DNA from: a virus
Taxonomy: Duplodnaviria > Caudoviricetes
Virus record (IMG/VR): IMGVR_UViG_3300031555_002663
Coordinates: 9,985-73,984 of that record
Strand: one strand, 5' to 3'
Length of the DNA stretch: 64,000 nucleotides
Part shown: one piece after another, positions 8,469-17,555 of the stretch
Layout: every line of letters starts with the position of its first letter
How positions within the stretch are numbered: position 1 is the stretch's first letter
Translations under genes and position numbers: made by a program
The notes under the pieces: model-generated
Seen by the model: the letters and a program-made list of their open reading frames with translations, nothing else
Databases searched by the model: none
What the model was told of the DNA's origin: nothing

Positions 8469-8867
8469 TTATTTCGGCTTTCTTTTCTGCACAAGGGTCA
8501 ATTCATAGGCATTTTCACCAATTTTGAAAGCAATTTGGCGTTCTTTGTTGGTGATTTCGACATTTTCGCAAGCATTTTCGCTGTTTTCGGTCAAAAACTT
8601 GGCAAGTTCGGCAATGATAGAGCCTTTTGTGGGGTTTTCCTTTCGGCTACGCTGTCCACCTGTGTTGTCTAACTTGTAGACGGGAGGGGTTTTGCGTGTC
8701 CCTGCGTTCCTTGCTTTTTTGCTTGCTTTTTCCTGTTCGGGAGAGAGTTCAAAGAGTTTTGCACCTTTGTCAATCTGTTCATCACACTTGATTACATCGT
8801 CAATCTCTTCCTGTGTGAAGCCTAAACTACGCATGGCTTCAATCTGCGACTTTTCAACTTTTGCCAA
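8469..8867 (-). CDS. hypothetical protein, paralog B1
   Basis: TTG start after AGGGGA; clearly homologous to 10757..11143. Confidence 0.8.
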   Translation of the reverse strand: MAKVEKSQIEAMRSLGFTQEEIDDVIKCDEQIDKGAKLFELSPEQEKASKKARNAGTRKTPPVYKLDNTGGQRSRKENPTKGSIIAELAKFLTENSENACENVEITNKERQIAFKIGENAYELTLVQKRKPK

Positions 8868-8986
8868 AGCGTCATCCCCTTTCCTTGATTACATACTAAT
8901 TATACCACATCAAAGGCGATTTGTCAATAGGTTTTGCAAAAAAGTTTTTGGAGAGAGGGAGAAATTTCTCCCTCTCTCTGTTAGGC

Positions 8987-9346
8987 TCACGCCTTGGAGA
9001 AATACGCCTTACGCTTCTCCTCAGTACGAACCACCTTGCCGTCATCCTTGAGCTGACGCATCAGAGCAGAAACACGCTGATTGGACAACTCGGCACACTC
9101 GGCAACTTCTTTCTGAATTTCGGTTACGGTGTACAGACGGTTAGGCTCCATGGCTTCCAGAATGGCTTCCTTGATACCCTCGTTGGCAGTCTGCTGGGCA
9201 GTCGGCTTCTTTTCAGAGGCGTTCTTCTTCGCCAACAGTTCCAGTTCATGGTCGATGAACTCCACCAACATCTCATTACCTGCAACCTCGGGGATAACCT
9301 TGAGCATCTCGAACTTCTCACGCTTCGTAATCTTCTTCATAGTCAT
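8987..9346 (-). CDS. winged-helix DNA-binding protein, paralog A2
   Basis: Same KKPTAQQTANEGIK and LSNQRVSAL motifs as A1. Confidence 0.85.
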   Translation of the reverse strand: MTMKKITKREKFEMLKVIPEVAGNEMLVEFIDHELELLAKKNASEKKPTAQQTANEGIKEAILEAMEPNRLYTVTEIQKEVAECAELSNQRVSALMRQLKDDGKVVRTEEKRKAYFSKA

Positions 9347-9662
9347 AGTATCAACTTCCTTTCTTGCGTTGGTCGCAACCCTTATTGTATCTTTATTATA
9401 CCATACTCGGTTGAGTTTGTCAAGAGGTTTTTTGAAATTTCCTAAAGTTTTTTTCTTTCGGCTCTTGACTTTCTTTCCCTTTCTGTATCTTTATTATACC
9501 ATACTCGGTTAGGTTTGTCAATACCTTTTTGAAAACTTTTTGAAATTTTTTTCTGACCTCTTGGAGTTCCTCTCCCTTGGTACATTATTATTATACCACC
9601 ACTCCCCCACATTGTCAACACTTTTGGGAAAAATAAAAAAATAAAAATTTTCGCAAAAACTC

Positions 9663-9724
9663 TTGACAAAATTTGTGCCGCGTGGTATAATGGTGAATTC
9701 GGCGCCCATCGACCGTGGGCGCCG
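9663..9724 (+). promoter_or_regulatory. + strand promoter with GC hairpin H4
   Basis: TTGACA(9663)-17-TATAAT then CGGCGCCCA-7nt-TGGGCGCCG (9700-9724). Confidence 0.8.
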
Positions 9725-9765
9725 CGCCAAAGTCAATAGGCAAATTGCACAAAAAGCAAAATCCC

Positions 9766-10248
9766 TTAAAGGGATTTGCTTTCAGAAACGAAATACTTTC
9801 CGTTGTGCTTTTCGATGAAGTTTTTGATGATAGTGCTTTCAGCCTGAGTGTGAGAGTAGAAGTCAACTTCGTAATACTTTACAATGTCATTGTACTTGTA
9901 ACCAATGTCGTTGACCTTGCCCCACTCTTTCAACTCGGCAATCAAATTATCGTCGTGCTTGAAAGTGGTTTCAATCTTCCACAACTTGTCTTTGCGTGCC
10001 TTTTCCTCGCCCCACTTGACAAGGAACACGCCGACCACATTACACACAAAAGTGATAATACATTTCTGCCACATAGGGAAATCGGCAACCGTGTAAATCA
10101 TCATAATGTTATAAAATGCGAAATAGCCACCAGAAATCAGACTTGCCGCAATCTTACTGCCGTTAATGGTTACGATGGAGCGAATAGTGGAGAATACCAC
10201 ATTCACAATGGAAAGTCCGACAAACACCAACAAAAATTCGTAGTTCAT
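9766..10248 (-). CDS. membrane protein resembling UPF0316/DUF5698
   Basis: N-terminal TM region IVNVVFSTIRSIVTING.K.AASLI and a small soluble C-domain. Confidence 0.55.
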   Translation of the reverse strand: MNYEFLLVFVGLSIVNVVFSTIRSIVTINGSKIAASLISGGYFAFYNIMMIYTVADFPMWQKCIITFVCNVVGVFLVKWGEEKARKDKLWKIETTFKHDDNLIAELKEWGKVNDIGYKYNDIVKYYEVDFYSHTQAESTIIKNFIEKHNGKYFVSESKSL

Positions 10249-10347
10249 AGTATCAACTCTCTTTCTTACTTTCTATAATTATTATAACATAATTTTAATG
10301 ATTTGTCAATAGGTAAATGCTAAATTATTTGTTTTTTTCTCTTCCTT

Positions 10348-10506
10348 TTAAGCAAGGAAGAGAAATTTAGCCAAATAGGCAAAAGCCATGATTTCAATGC
10401 CGAACCACACCATTAAGCCACCACAATCACTGTCGATAGCCTTTACAAATTGTGCAGATAACTGAAATACAAAGATAATTAAAATAACAAGATTAAAACT
10501 ATTCAT
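10348..10506 (-). CDS. small membrane protein (52 aa)
   Basis: Read manually; promoter and AAAGGGGA SD upstream, TAA stop. Confidence 0.6.
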   Translation of the reverse strand: MNSFNLVILIIFVFQLSAQFVKAIDSDCGGLMVWFGIEIMAFAYLAKFLFLA

Positions 10507-10606
10507 AACTCATTTCCCCTTTCTGTAATTACATTATACACCCACTACTGGAAACTGTCAAGGGTTTTAGGAAAAAAAGTTTTTTAATTTATTTTACATT
10601 TTTCTC

Positions 10607-10669
10607 TTGACAAATTGCGTGGACTGGGGTATAATTAAAATTCCGGCCGCAACGTGCGTGAGCGGCCGG
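10607..10669 (+). promoter_or_regulatory. + strand promoter with GC hairpin H5
   Basis: TTGACA(10607)-17-TATAAT then CCGGCCGC-11nt-GCGGCCGG (10643-10669), faced by a minus-strand promoter. Confidence 0.8.
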
Positions 10670-10756
10670 CCAATTTTACCACATTCATTTGGATTTGTCA
10701 ATAGGCAAAATGCACAAAATTTTCATTTGGTAAAATTGCACAAAAAAAATGCCCCC

Positions 10757-11143
10757 TCAAGAGCGGGGGGCACTCAACACGATTTTGTACTTTTTGCCGT
10801 TCCAGTCGAACACAAATTCACGTTCAGGGTTCAGCACTTCAAGGCTTTTGCAGTCGGCTTGGTCGCTGATGGTCTTGGTCAACAGTTCAATCAAACCGCC
10901 CTTGACATCATCTGCCTTTTTATTGCGCTTTCCTTTGGAATTGTCCAGACTGTAAACAGTGGGTTTGCGCTCGGCTTGTCTTGCCTTCTTTGCGCCCTTT
11001 TCTAACTCTGGGGGCAACTCGAACAGCTTTTCGCCTCGGTCAATGCGCTTGTCATCTTCCAAAACCTGTTTGATTTCTTCCTCGGTCATTCCGAGATTTC
11101 GCATGGCTTGAATTTGCTTTTCATTACTTGCCATCTTCATCAC
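10757..11143 (-). CDS. hypothetical protein, paralog B2
   Basis: QIQAMRNLG.T.EEI...IDRGEKLFEL...KKARQA shared with B1. Confidence 0.8.
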   Translation of the reverse strand: MMKMASNEKQIQAMRNLGMTEEEIKQVLEDDKRIDRGEKLFELPPELEKGAKKARQAERKPTVYSLDNSKGKRNKKADDVKGGLIELLTKTISDQADCKSLEVLNPEREFVFDWNGKKYKIVLSAPRS

Positions 11144-11227
11144 CTGTCCTTTCTGTACTTATAGTATAGCACAAGGTGGAAGGTTTGTCAAGGGGTTTTT
11201 TGAAAAACCCCTTGACTTTTTCCTTCA

Positions 11228-11590
11228 TCAGATAGCCTTGAAGTAAGCCTTGCGCTTATCTTCAATTCTCTCAACCTTGCCGTCATCCTTCATCTGACGA
11301 AGCAGAGCAGATACACGCTGGTTAGACAGTTCTGCCATACCCTCGCAGTTCTTCTGAATGTCGGTAACGGTCATCATCTCGCCGCTTTCAGCAAGGAAGT
11401 CATAGATGGTGTCCTTCAGACCTTCATTTGCCACCTGCTGTGCAGTGGGCTTCTTCTCGCTTGCGTTCTTCTTGGCAAGCAGGTCGAGTTCGTGGTCGAT
11501 GAATTCGACAAGCATTTCGTTTGCGGAAACTTCGGGGATAGCCTTCAGCATTTCAAACTTTTCTCTCTTAGTCATCTTCTTGTTCATCAT
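11228..11590 (-). CDS. winged-helix DNA-binding protein, paralog A3
   Basis: Same family as A1 and A2. Confidence 0.85.
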   Translation of the reverse strand: MMNKKMTKREKFEMLKAIPEVSANEMLVEFIDHELDLLAKKNASEKKPTAQQVANEGLKDTIYDFLAESGEMMTVTDIQKNCEGMAELSNQRVSALLRQMKDDGKVERIEDKRKAYFKAI

Positions 11591-11828
11591 AGTATCATTC
11601 TCCTATCTCGTGTTAGGTCACGACCCATTTTTTTATCTGTAAGAGGCTTCCCTCTTTACATTCTTATTATACCATACTTGGTGAGGTTTGTCAAGGGGTT
11701 TTTCAAACTTTTTTAAAGTTTTTTTCTTGGAGGTTTTGTTTCTCTCTCCCTCTCACTGTAATCATTATACCACAGTGAGAGGGGTTTGTCAAGAGGTTTT
11801 TAAAAAGTTTTTTGAAAAACTTTTCAGA

Positions 11829-12488
11829 TTAGAAACGGCACTTTACATTGTTAAAGCGGTAGGGAGTGTCGCCCTTGTGTGCATTTCGAGTGAATTTGCG
11901 GTGAGTGTTCCAAACTGCACGCAGGATTTCAACTTCGATTTCGCAGTCAGCGAGAGCGGTGTGTTCTTCGACAAACTCAATCTCTCCGCTGATGAAACGA
12001 TAGCAAATTTCAGCGGACATCTGAATGTTGCCCTTTGCAGTTACAAAGCCATTTTCGGCACAGAATTTGTTATACTTTGCATACTGTCCGATAGTTTCAA
12101 AGAAAGCGAGCCAGGTGTCAACAAATTCCATTCCCTCAATGCACTCTGCAACGAAAGTCTTGTTGAAGTCAAAGCCAGAGTTGTGAGCGCAGGCGCAGGA
12201 AACATCGTTGGAAGTAAGCCAGTTGGAAAAGATTTCCTTTGCTTCATCTTCATTGTAGCAAATGACAGTTGCAGGGTTCTTGAGCAAGTCACGGTAATAA
12301 TCTTTCTTATACTTGCCATAGAAAGCACTATCGAGCATTAAGTTGCCGATAACTACAATGTCAATGCGGTCAATTTCGCCCCTCTTGGAGAGGGCAATGC
12401 CAGCGCAGTGGTAGGTAGGGCAATGAGCCTGAGCCGCACCGCCGAGGGTTTCAGTATCAATTACAGCAAAAATCTTTTCCTTAAACAT
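11829..12488 (-). CDS. DEDDh (DnaQ-like) 3'-5' exonuclease
   Basis: VIDTET (ExoI), AHNSGFD (ExoII), HTALAD (ExoIII); start after conserved TIR. Confidence 0.85.
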   Translation of the reverse strand: MFKEKIFAVIDTETLGGAAQAHCPTYHCAGIALSKRGEIDRIDIVVIGNLMLDSAFYGKYKKDYYRDLLKNPATVICYNEDEAKEIFSNWLTSNDVSCACAHNSGFDFNKTFVAECIEGMEFVDTWLAFFETIGQYAKYNKFCAENGFVTAKGNIQMSAEICYRFISGEIEFVEEHTALADCEIEVEILRAVWNTHRKFTRNAHKGDTPYRFNNVKCRF

Positions 12489-12725
12489 GGTATCAAATCC
12501 TTTCAAATTAGTGATTGAGGTTTGCCATCGCTCTCTCAACCTTACATACTTATTATACCACAGGTCGGTCGGTTTGTCAAGAGGTTTTTTGAAAGTTTTT
12601 TAATTTTTTTTTCTAACCTCTTGGAACTCCGTTCCCTTACCTTGTATACTTATTATACACCCAACGGCTGAAAATGTCAAGGGTTTTGGGAAAAATAATT
12701 ATTAAAAAAATTTTCGTAAAAAGTC

Positions 12726-12789
12726 TTGACAAATTGCGTGGGAAGTGGTATAATAGAAAATTCGGCGCGCCACAATCGTCCGCGCGCCG
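12726..12789 (+). promoter_or_regulatory. + strand promoter with GC hairpin H6
   Basis: TTGACA(12726)-17-TATAAT then CGGCGCGC-11nt-GCGCGCCG (12763-12789). Confidence 0.8.
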
Positions 12790-12936
12790 CCGAAATTTGT
12801 CAATACCTTTTTTGAAATTTGTGCAAAATGACGAAAATCCCAACCCGAAATGGATTGGGATTTTCATCAAGAAAGAGAGAGGGAAGGGGGTGGAAAATAG
12901 TGGGATGGGGCTGATTAGCTCAACCCCCGAGAAGCC

Positions 12937-13191
12937 TTACCAGCAGATGGTGTAATTGCCGAAACTGCTGTGAACAGTGAAACCGCTCTGCTCAAGGTAA
13001 GCCTTAAGGAAAGTCCATTCAATGTTCCTTGTCTTTGTAAAAGTGGCTTCTCTCCTGCCGTGCTTTGCGGCATCTTCAAGGGCAGGTCCGATGACTTCTT
13101 CTGCATACGCCATTGCCCTATTCATCTTTGCAGTTTCACGCTCACCCTGTATCTGTGTAGCGACTGCTTCTAACTCTTTTGCATTTTTCAT
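12937..13191 (-). CDS. hypothetical protein
   Basis: 84 aa, own promoter and conserved TIR. Confidence 0.8.
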   Translation of the reverse strand: MKNAKELEAVATQIQGERETAKMNRAMAYAEEVIGPALEDAAKHGRREATFTKTRNIEWTFLKAYLEQSGFTVHSSFGNYTICW

Positions 13192-13246
13192 GGTATCAAC
13201 TCCTTGTCCTTTTGTACCTTAATTATACCACATGAGGAGGGGTTTG

Positions 13247-13552
13247 TCAACCCCTTTCCTCAAATTCTTTGAGAATTTTTGCGGCTTCGGCGATTGCCTG
13301 CTTGAAACGACCTGACAGCTCATGCTCTCCGCAACAGTCCATTTCATCAGCAATGTGTTCTTTTACTTTGTTCAGCTCATCGCCAAACTGAGTGGCGTAC
13401 TTGGCAAAGCAGACGCAGGGCATGGAGCCGATTTTGTCAACATAGATTTCCAGTGCTTCGCCCTCGCGGATGCCACACTGTCTGCGGATTTCCTTGGGGA
13501 TTACAACTCTGCCGAGGTCATCAACACGGCGAATAATTCCAGTAGCTTTCAT
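13247..13552 (-). CDS. AbrB/SpoVT-family transcription regulator
   Basis: MKATGIIRRVDDLGRVVIPKEIRRQCGIREGEALEIYVD is the canonical swapped-hairpin domain. Confidence 0.9.
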   Translation of the reverse strand: MKATGIIRRVDDLGRVVIPKEIRRQCGIREGEALEIYVDKIGSMPCVCFAKYATQFGDELNKVKEHIADEMDCCGEHELSGRFKQAIAEAAKILKEFEERG

Positions 13553-13629
13553 AGTATCAATTCCTTTCTTGTTTGTGTCTTAATTATACCACATTTCGGG
13601 AGGTTTGTCAAGGGGTTTTTTGGAAGTTC

Positions 13630-14076
13630 TCAAAGATTTTTGAGAACTTCCATGATGTTCTGCACATCGTAGGCTCTGCCCGTCCAGTTGTCACGGTTCT
13701 TTGCTTCATCGTCAAAGAGAATGTCAAGAGGATTTTCGCAGAAGTTCTGCTTCGGTGTACCGTAAGGGACGATTGTAATTCTATCCCAATTCACAGAGGG
13801 AAGATGTTCGGCAAGCCAACGCATTTTTGCTTCGGTGACTGCTTCGTTATAGGCTTCGCTTCCACTCTTGGAAAGCCAAGAGATAACAGCGATTTCATAA
13901 CCTGCTCTCTGGAGTGCGTTTAACTTACGAGCCAGAGTGCAAAGGCGAAGCAGAGGATTTGCGTTTGCGTAGGGGAATACATCTTCATTGATAAGGTATT
14001 CGAGCCAGTTTTCAACGCCGTAAAGGTCAGCAATCGTGCCGTCCATGTCAAAGTTAATAGTAATGTTCATCTTCAT
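13630..14076 (-). CDS. HAD-superfamily hydrolase, 5'(3')-deoxyribonucleotidase-like
   Basis: FDMDGTIAD motif I, W(L) cap segment, ILFDD motif IV. Confidence 0.8.
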   Translation of the reverse strand: MKMNITINFDMDGTIADLYGVENWLEYLINEDVFPYANANPLLRLCTLARKLNALQRAGYEIAVISWLSKSGSEAYNEAVTEAKMRWLAEHLPSVNWDRITIVPYGTPKQNFCENPLDILFDDEAKNRDNWTGRAYDVQNIMEVLKNL

Positions 14077-14146
14077 AGTATCAATTCCTTTCCTTACTTT
14101 CTATAATTATTATACCACCGATTGACCGATTTGTCAAGGGGTTTTC

Positions 14147-14578
14147 TTAAATTTCTTTCTGAAATTTTACCCAAGTTTCGTAGTAGTCTTTTTCTACGCT
14201 CTTGGAATAGCCTTCTTTCTGGTAGCCTTCTTCAATGAACTTGTGCATTTTGTAGTCAAATTTCATTGCCCATTTACGCAGATGCAGAGGGGCTTTTCTC
14301 CATAGGTTACTGTAACCCCAATCCATGCAGTAGTAAAAAGCATTATCTTCTTCGACCCATTCGAGAATGTAGGGCAGAACATGGTCAAGCACCTTGCAAG
14401 CGGTTTCTTCGCTCCACTCTCTACGATTGTAAGCCCATTCAGATGCCTTGTCGTAAGCAACCACAAAGGGAATGAGGGGTAGTGCCCAGATGTAATAGCT
14501 GTACTTTTTGCCGTGGATTACATACCACTTTCTTTTGGATTTATTCTCTCTTGTCTTTGCGTATTCAAAATCTTTCAT
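14147..14578 (-). CDS. hypothetical protein
   Basis: 143 aa, own promoter and GGGAG SD. Confidence 0.75.
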   Translation of the reverse strand: MKDFEYAKTRENKSKRKWYVIHGKKYSYYIWALPLIPFVVAYDKASEWAYNRREWSEETACKVLDHVLPYILEWVEEDNAFYYCMDWGYSNLWRKAPLHLRKWAMKFDYKMHKFIEEGYQKEGYSKSVEKDYYETWVKFQKEI

Positions 14579-14683
14579 GTTTGTTTCTCCCTTCCTTTAC
14601 TGTATCTATAGTATACCATACCCGCCCGCATTTGTCAATAGTTTTAGGAAAAATAATTATTTTATTTTTTTTTGATTTTTCTC

Positions 14684-14745
14684 TTGACAAAATGTGCAGG
14701 CTGTGGTATAATGGAAATAACGCGCGCCTGGGTCGTGGGCGCGCG
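14684..14745 (+). promoter_or_regulatory. + strand promoter with GC hairpin H7
   Basis: TTGACA(14684)-17-TATAAT then CGCGCGCC-9nt-GGCGCGCG (14721-14745). Confidence 0.8.
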
Positions 14746-14797
14746 GCCGAAAAAGAAAAACCGCCCCCATTTCGGGAGCGGTTTCTGCAAGGGGAAA

Positions 14798-15046
14798 TCA
14801 AATTCCCCAAGCAGTCATCATCATCCAACCCAGAATCATCATCGTCCATTCCTCGGTGATGTAATCCTCTTCGGCGTTGGCGGTTACATAGACCTCACCA
14901 GTGTAGCCATCGACCACATCAACGGGAGCGCCGTTGGTTGCGTGTTCCATCAGAGCACAGATGGCAACATCAGCGGAGTTGGTGGCAACAGTAATGTCGC
15001 AGTCCTCGTAGTGAGCAGTTACATAGTAAGCAGAAGTGTTCATCAT
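14798..15046 (-). CDS. hypothetical protein
   Basis: 82 aa from the conserved TIR; the ORF-track extension crosses its promoter. Confidence 0.75.
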   Translation of the reverse strand: MMNTSAYYVTAHYEDCDITVATNSADVAICALMEHATNGAPVDVVDGYTGEVYVTANAEEDYITEEWTMMILGWMMMTAWGI

Positions 15047-15125
15047 AGTATCAAATCCTTTCCTTTTTTGTATCTTAATTATAGCACAGAGCAGATGATT
15101 TGTCAAGGGGTTTGGAGAAGATTTT

Positions 15126-15344
15126 TCAATCTTCTCCGACACAACTTCTACAAAAGATGTTACCCTCTTCGTCAATCATTGCAGAAGGAAGAATCATCGA
15201 GCTGTCACAGCACTGGCATCTGACAATCATCGGCAGGTCATTGGCGAAGAACCATTCGCCGTTAATCTGTCCCTTCGGCATTTCTACGCCGATGTTTTTC
15301 TTAATCCACTTTTCAGCGGTGAGAATCTTTTTAGTGTTAGCCAT
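15126..15344 (-). CDS. small Zn-ribbon protein
   Basis: CQCC...CRSC; N-terminus MANTKK identical to paralog A1. Confidence 0.75.
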   Translation of the reverse strand: MANTKKILTAEKWIKKNIGVEMPKGQINGEWFFANDLPMIVRCQCCDSSMILPSAMIDEEGNIFCRSCVGED

Positions 15345-15434
15345 GGTATCAATTCCTTTCCTGTTTTCTGATACTATTATACCATACTCTGAGCAGTTTG
15401 TCAATAGGTTTTTGAAAAGTTTTTAATTGGCTCT

Positions 15435-15851
15435 TTAGAAAGAGCCAATCTGTGTGATGCCTTGGTCTTTCAACCATTCGCAGAACTGGTCGGCAGGAAG
15501 TAAGTCAACAAGGTCTTTCATGGTGTACCATCTGGTCACTTCCATCTTTTCCCATTTCACACGAATAGGCTCAAAAGTCTTTTCAGTGAGTTCAGTGTTG
15601 TTTCTTTCAATGTCGCCCCAGTGAATTTCAATGGTAGGACGACCACGAAACAGAGTGAAACCAGTTTCGGCATTTCTAATCATGTTGCGTTCAATCGCTT
15701 CACATGCTTCGGCAAATGTGCCGTAGTAGTATTCTGTACTGTTGGAACTACCTTCCATTTCAATGTAGCGAATGTGGCTCCAGATGGAAGTGTCACAGAA
15801 GTCGCTGTTTCCGATTGCTACGGAACATCTAAGGTCAATAAGTTTTTTCAT
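15435..15851 (-). CDS. hypothetical protein
   Basis: 138 aa, promoter and TIR. Confidence 0.8.
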   Translation of the reverse strand: MKKLIDLRCSVAIGNSDFCDTSIWSHIRYIEMEGSSNSTEYYYGTFAEACEAIERNMIRNAETGFTLFRGRPTIEIHWGDIERNNTELTEKTFEPIRVKWEKMEVTRWYTMKDLVDLLPADQFCEWLKDQGITQIGSF

Positions 15852-15911
15852 AGTATCAATTCCTTTCTCTCTTGCTTTCTGTAATTATTATACCACACAT
15901 TAGGGGCTTTG

Positions 15912-16238
15912 TCAACCCCTAATTGTGAAAAGTTCGGGATGTCTTTTGCAATTTTTAGTGATGCGTTTTTCCATGCGAGGGGACATTTGCCCTTTACCTG
16001 CCATTCTGTACAGTTTGTATCCCTGAGATACTGTTGCCATGAATGCAGTAATTACAATGTCACGATACAGATTCTTTACTACGATAATTCCGCTACTGGT
16101 CAGAATGTATCTTTTTTCTTCTTCAACTACTGCAACTTCGAGAACTGCATTGGTGAAGCCGAGGACTTCTTCGAGAGCCTGCAGGCGGTTTGCTCTTTCT
16201 ACTCCTGCGTGGAAGGTGGTGTTGTGGATGGTAGTCAT
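15912..16238 (-). CDS. hypothetical protein
   Basis: 108 aa from AAGGACTTGATACAATG. Confidence 0.75.
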   Translation of the reverse strand: MTTIHNTTFHAGVERANRLQALEEVLGFTNAVLEVAVVEEEKRYILTSSGIIVVKNLYRDIVITAFMATVSQGYKLYRMAGKGQMSPRMEKRITKNCKRHPELFTIRG

Positions 16239-16308
16239 TGTATCAAGTCCTTTCTTGTTTCCCTTTGTTGTATTTATTATACCACGGAGAAGGGGTTTTG
16301 TCAACCCC

Positions 16309-16662
16309 TTATTTGAAAAATTCTCCGTAATTTTTTCTGTTTTTTCCACACTTGAAAGCGCACAGACCGAGTTCGCACAGCTGATTGTAGAAGGGGTCTT
16401 CGTAAGGAACTTTGAACCATTCAGTTTTCTTGCCGTCAATGGTAGCAACTACCATTTCATAACCCATTTTGACGATTTCCTTGTGGAACAGACCTTCCAC
16501 AAAATGCTTGCTCTTTTCCATGGTCTTTACATAGCTAATGCAACGGACTTCGGGGTTGTGTGTAGTGTAAGCATTGAAGCGGTTTGCAAGGTCGCTTGCA
16601 AAACCAGCCTTGAACAGGGCGTAGTTCTTCTTTTCATCCATCATCAGATACACAGAATTCAT
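16309..16662 (-). CDS. T5orf172/MUG113-like GIY-YIG family protein
   Basis: VYLM...KAGFASDLANRF...VEGLFH...TEWF. Confidence 0.7.
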   Translation of the reverse strand: MNSVYLMMDEKKNYALFKAGFASDLANRFNAYTTHNPEVRCISYVKTMEKSKHFVEGLFHKEIVKMGYEMVVATIDGKKTEWFKVPYEDPFYNQLCELGLCAFKCGKNRKNYGEFFK

Positions 16663-16761
16663 TTTAATTTACCTCTTTCTTTCTCTTGTTGTTTTCCCTT
16701 GTTGTTGTATTTATTATAGCATGGAAGGGGCTGTTTGTCAACCCCTTTTTTCAATTTTGTT

Positions 16762-16935
16762 TTAATTATTTTCAGCAAATTCAGTAAGCATTACAAATGC
16801 ATTGTATTCACTGTGTACAGGATTGGGCATGGTGTTGTCTGCGACGATGTCTACCCAACTGGCTACAAGCCACAACATGAACAACACATTTACTAAACAC
16901 CACAATCTACCTAACCACTTCATCATTGTCATCAT
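16762..16935 (-). CDS. small membrane protein (57 aa)
   Basis: Read manually; promoter and GGGAG SD, hydrophobic N-half. Confidence 0.6.
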   Translation of the reverse strand: MMTMMKWLGRLWCLVNVLFMLWLVASWVDIVADNTMPNPVHSEYNAFVMLTEFAENN

Positions 16936-17110
16936 CTCCCTTTCTTTAATACTATTATAGCATTACGGGAGATTGTTGTCAATAGTTTTTTTACAACTTT
17001 TTTTAGTTTTTTTACTGTAGCACTTTAGCGCGCTAAAGCTAGGGCTCCAGCGGCCCTGCTCGGCGCCAACGGCACACAAAGAAAAAGAGAGGGCTTTCAC
17101 CCTCTCTTGA

Positions 17111-17440
17111 TTAAGGCATGATGTGCTTAACACAGATGACTTCTTGGCAATCATCACACACCCAATAGTATTTATCTCCACCATTCTTTACATGGTCAGC
17201 ACTCTTGAACTCCCACGCCTGTCCGCACTCATGGCATACGCCATTGTTCCACGCCTTCTCGTCGTGTGCGCTCTCTGCCCACATCACACCTGTCATGAGG
17301 AGACCGAAGGCCACAGCCACAAGCACACCTACCACACCACGCACCCACGGCTTGCTGTTGTCCATGTTGCTGGTTACCATGAGGGAGAAGAAGCTCCCCA
17401 CGATGCTACATACTACTACGCTAAAGATGAATACTCCCAT
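17111..17440 (-). CDS. membrane protein with C-terminal Zn ribbon
   Basis: Two TM segments, CHEC and CDDC. Confidence 0.75.
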   Translation of the reverse strand: MGVFIFSVVVCSIVGSFFSLMVTSNMDNSKPWVRGVVGVLVAVAFGLLMTGVMWAESAHDEKAWNNGVCHECGQAWEFKSADHVKNGGDKYYWVCDDCQEVICVKHIMP

Positions 17441-17555
17441 TGTTCCTACCTCTTTCTTTGTGTTGTTCTTTCCTTTACTGTACCTTTATTATACCACACT
17501 ACTGGTTATTTGTCAAGGGGTTTACACAAAGTTTTTTGCACAAATTAAGAGAGGC

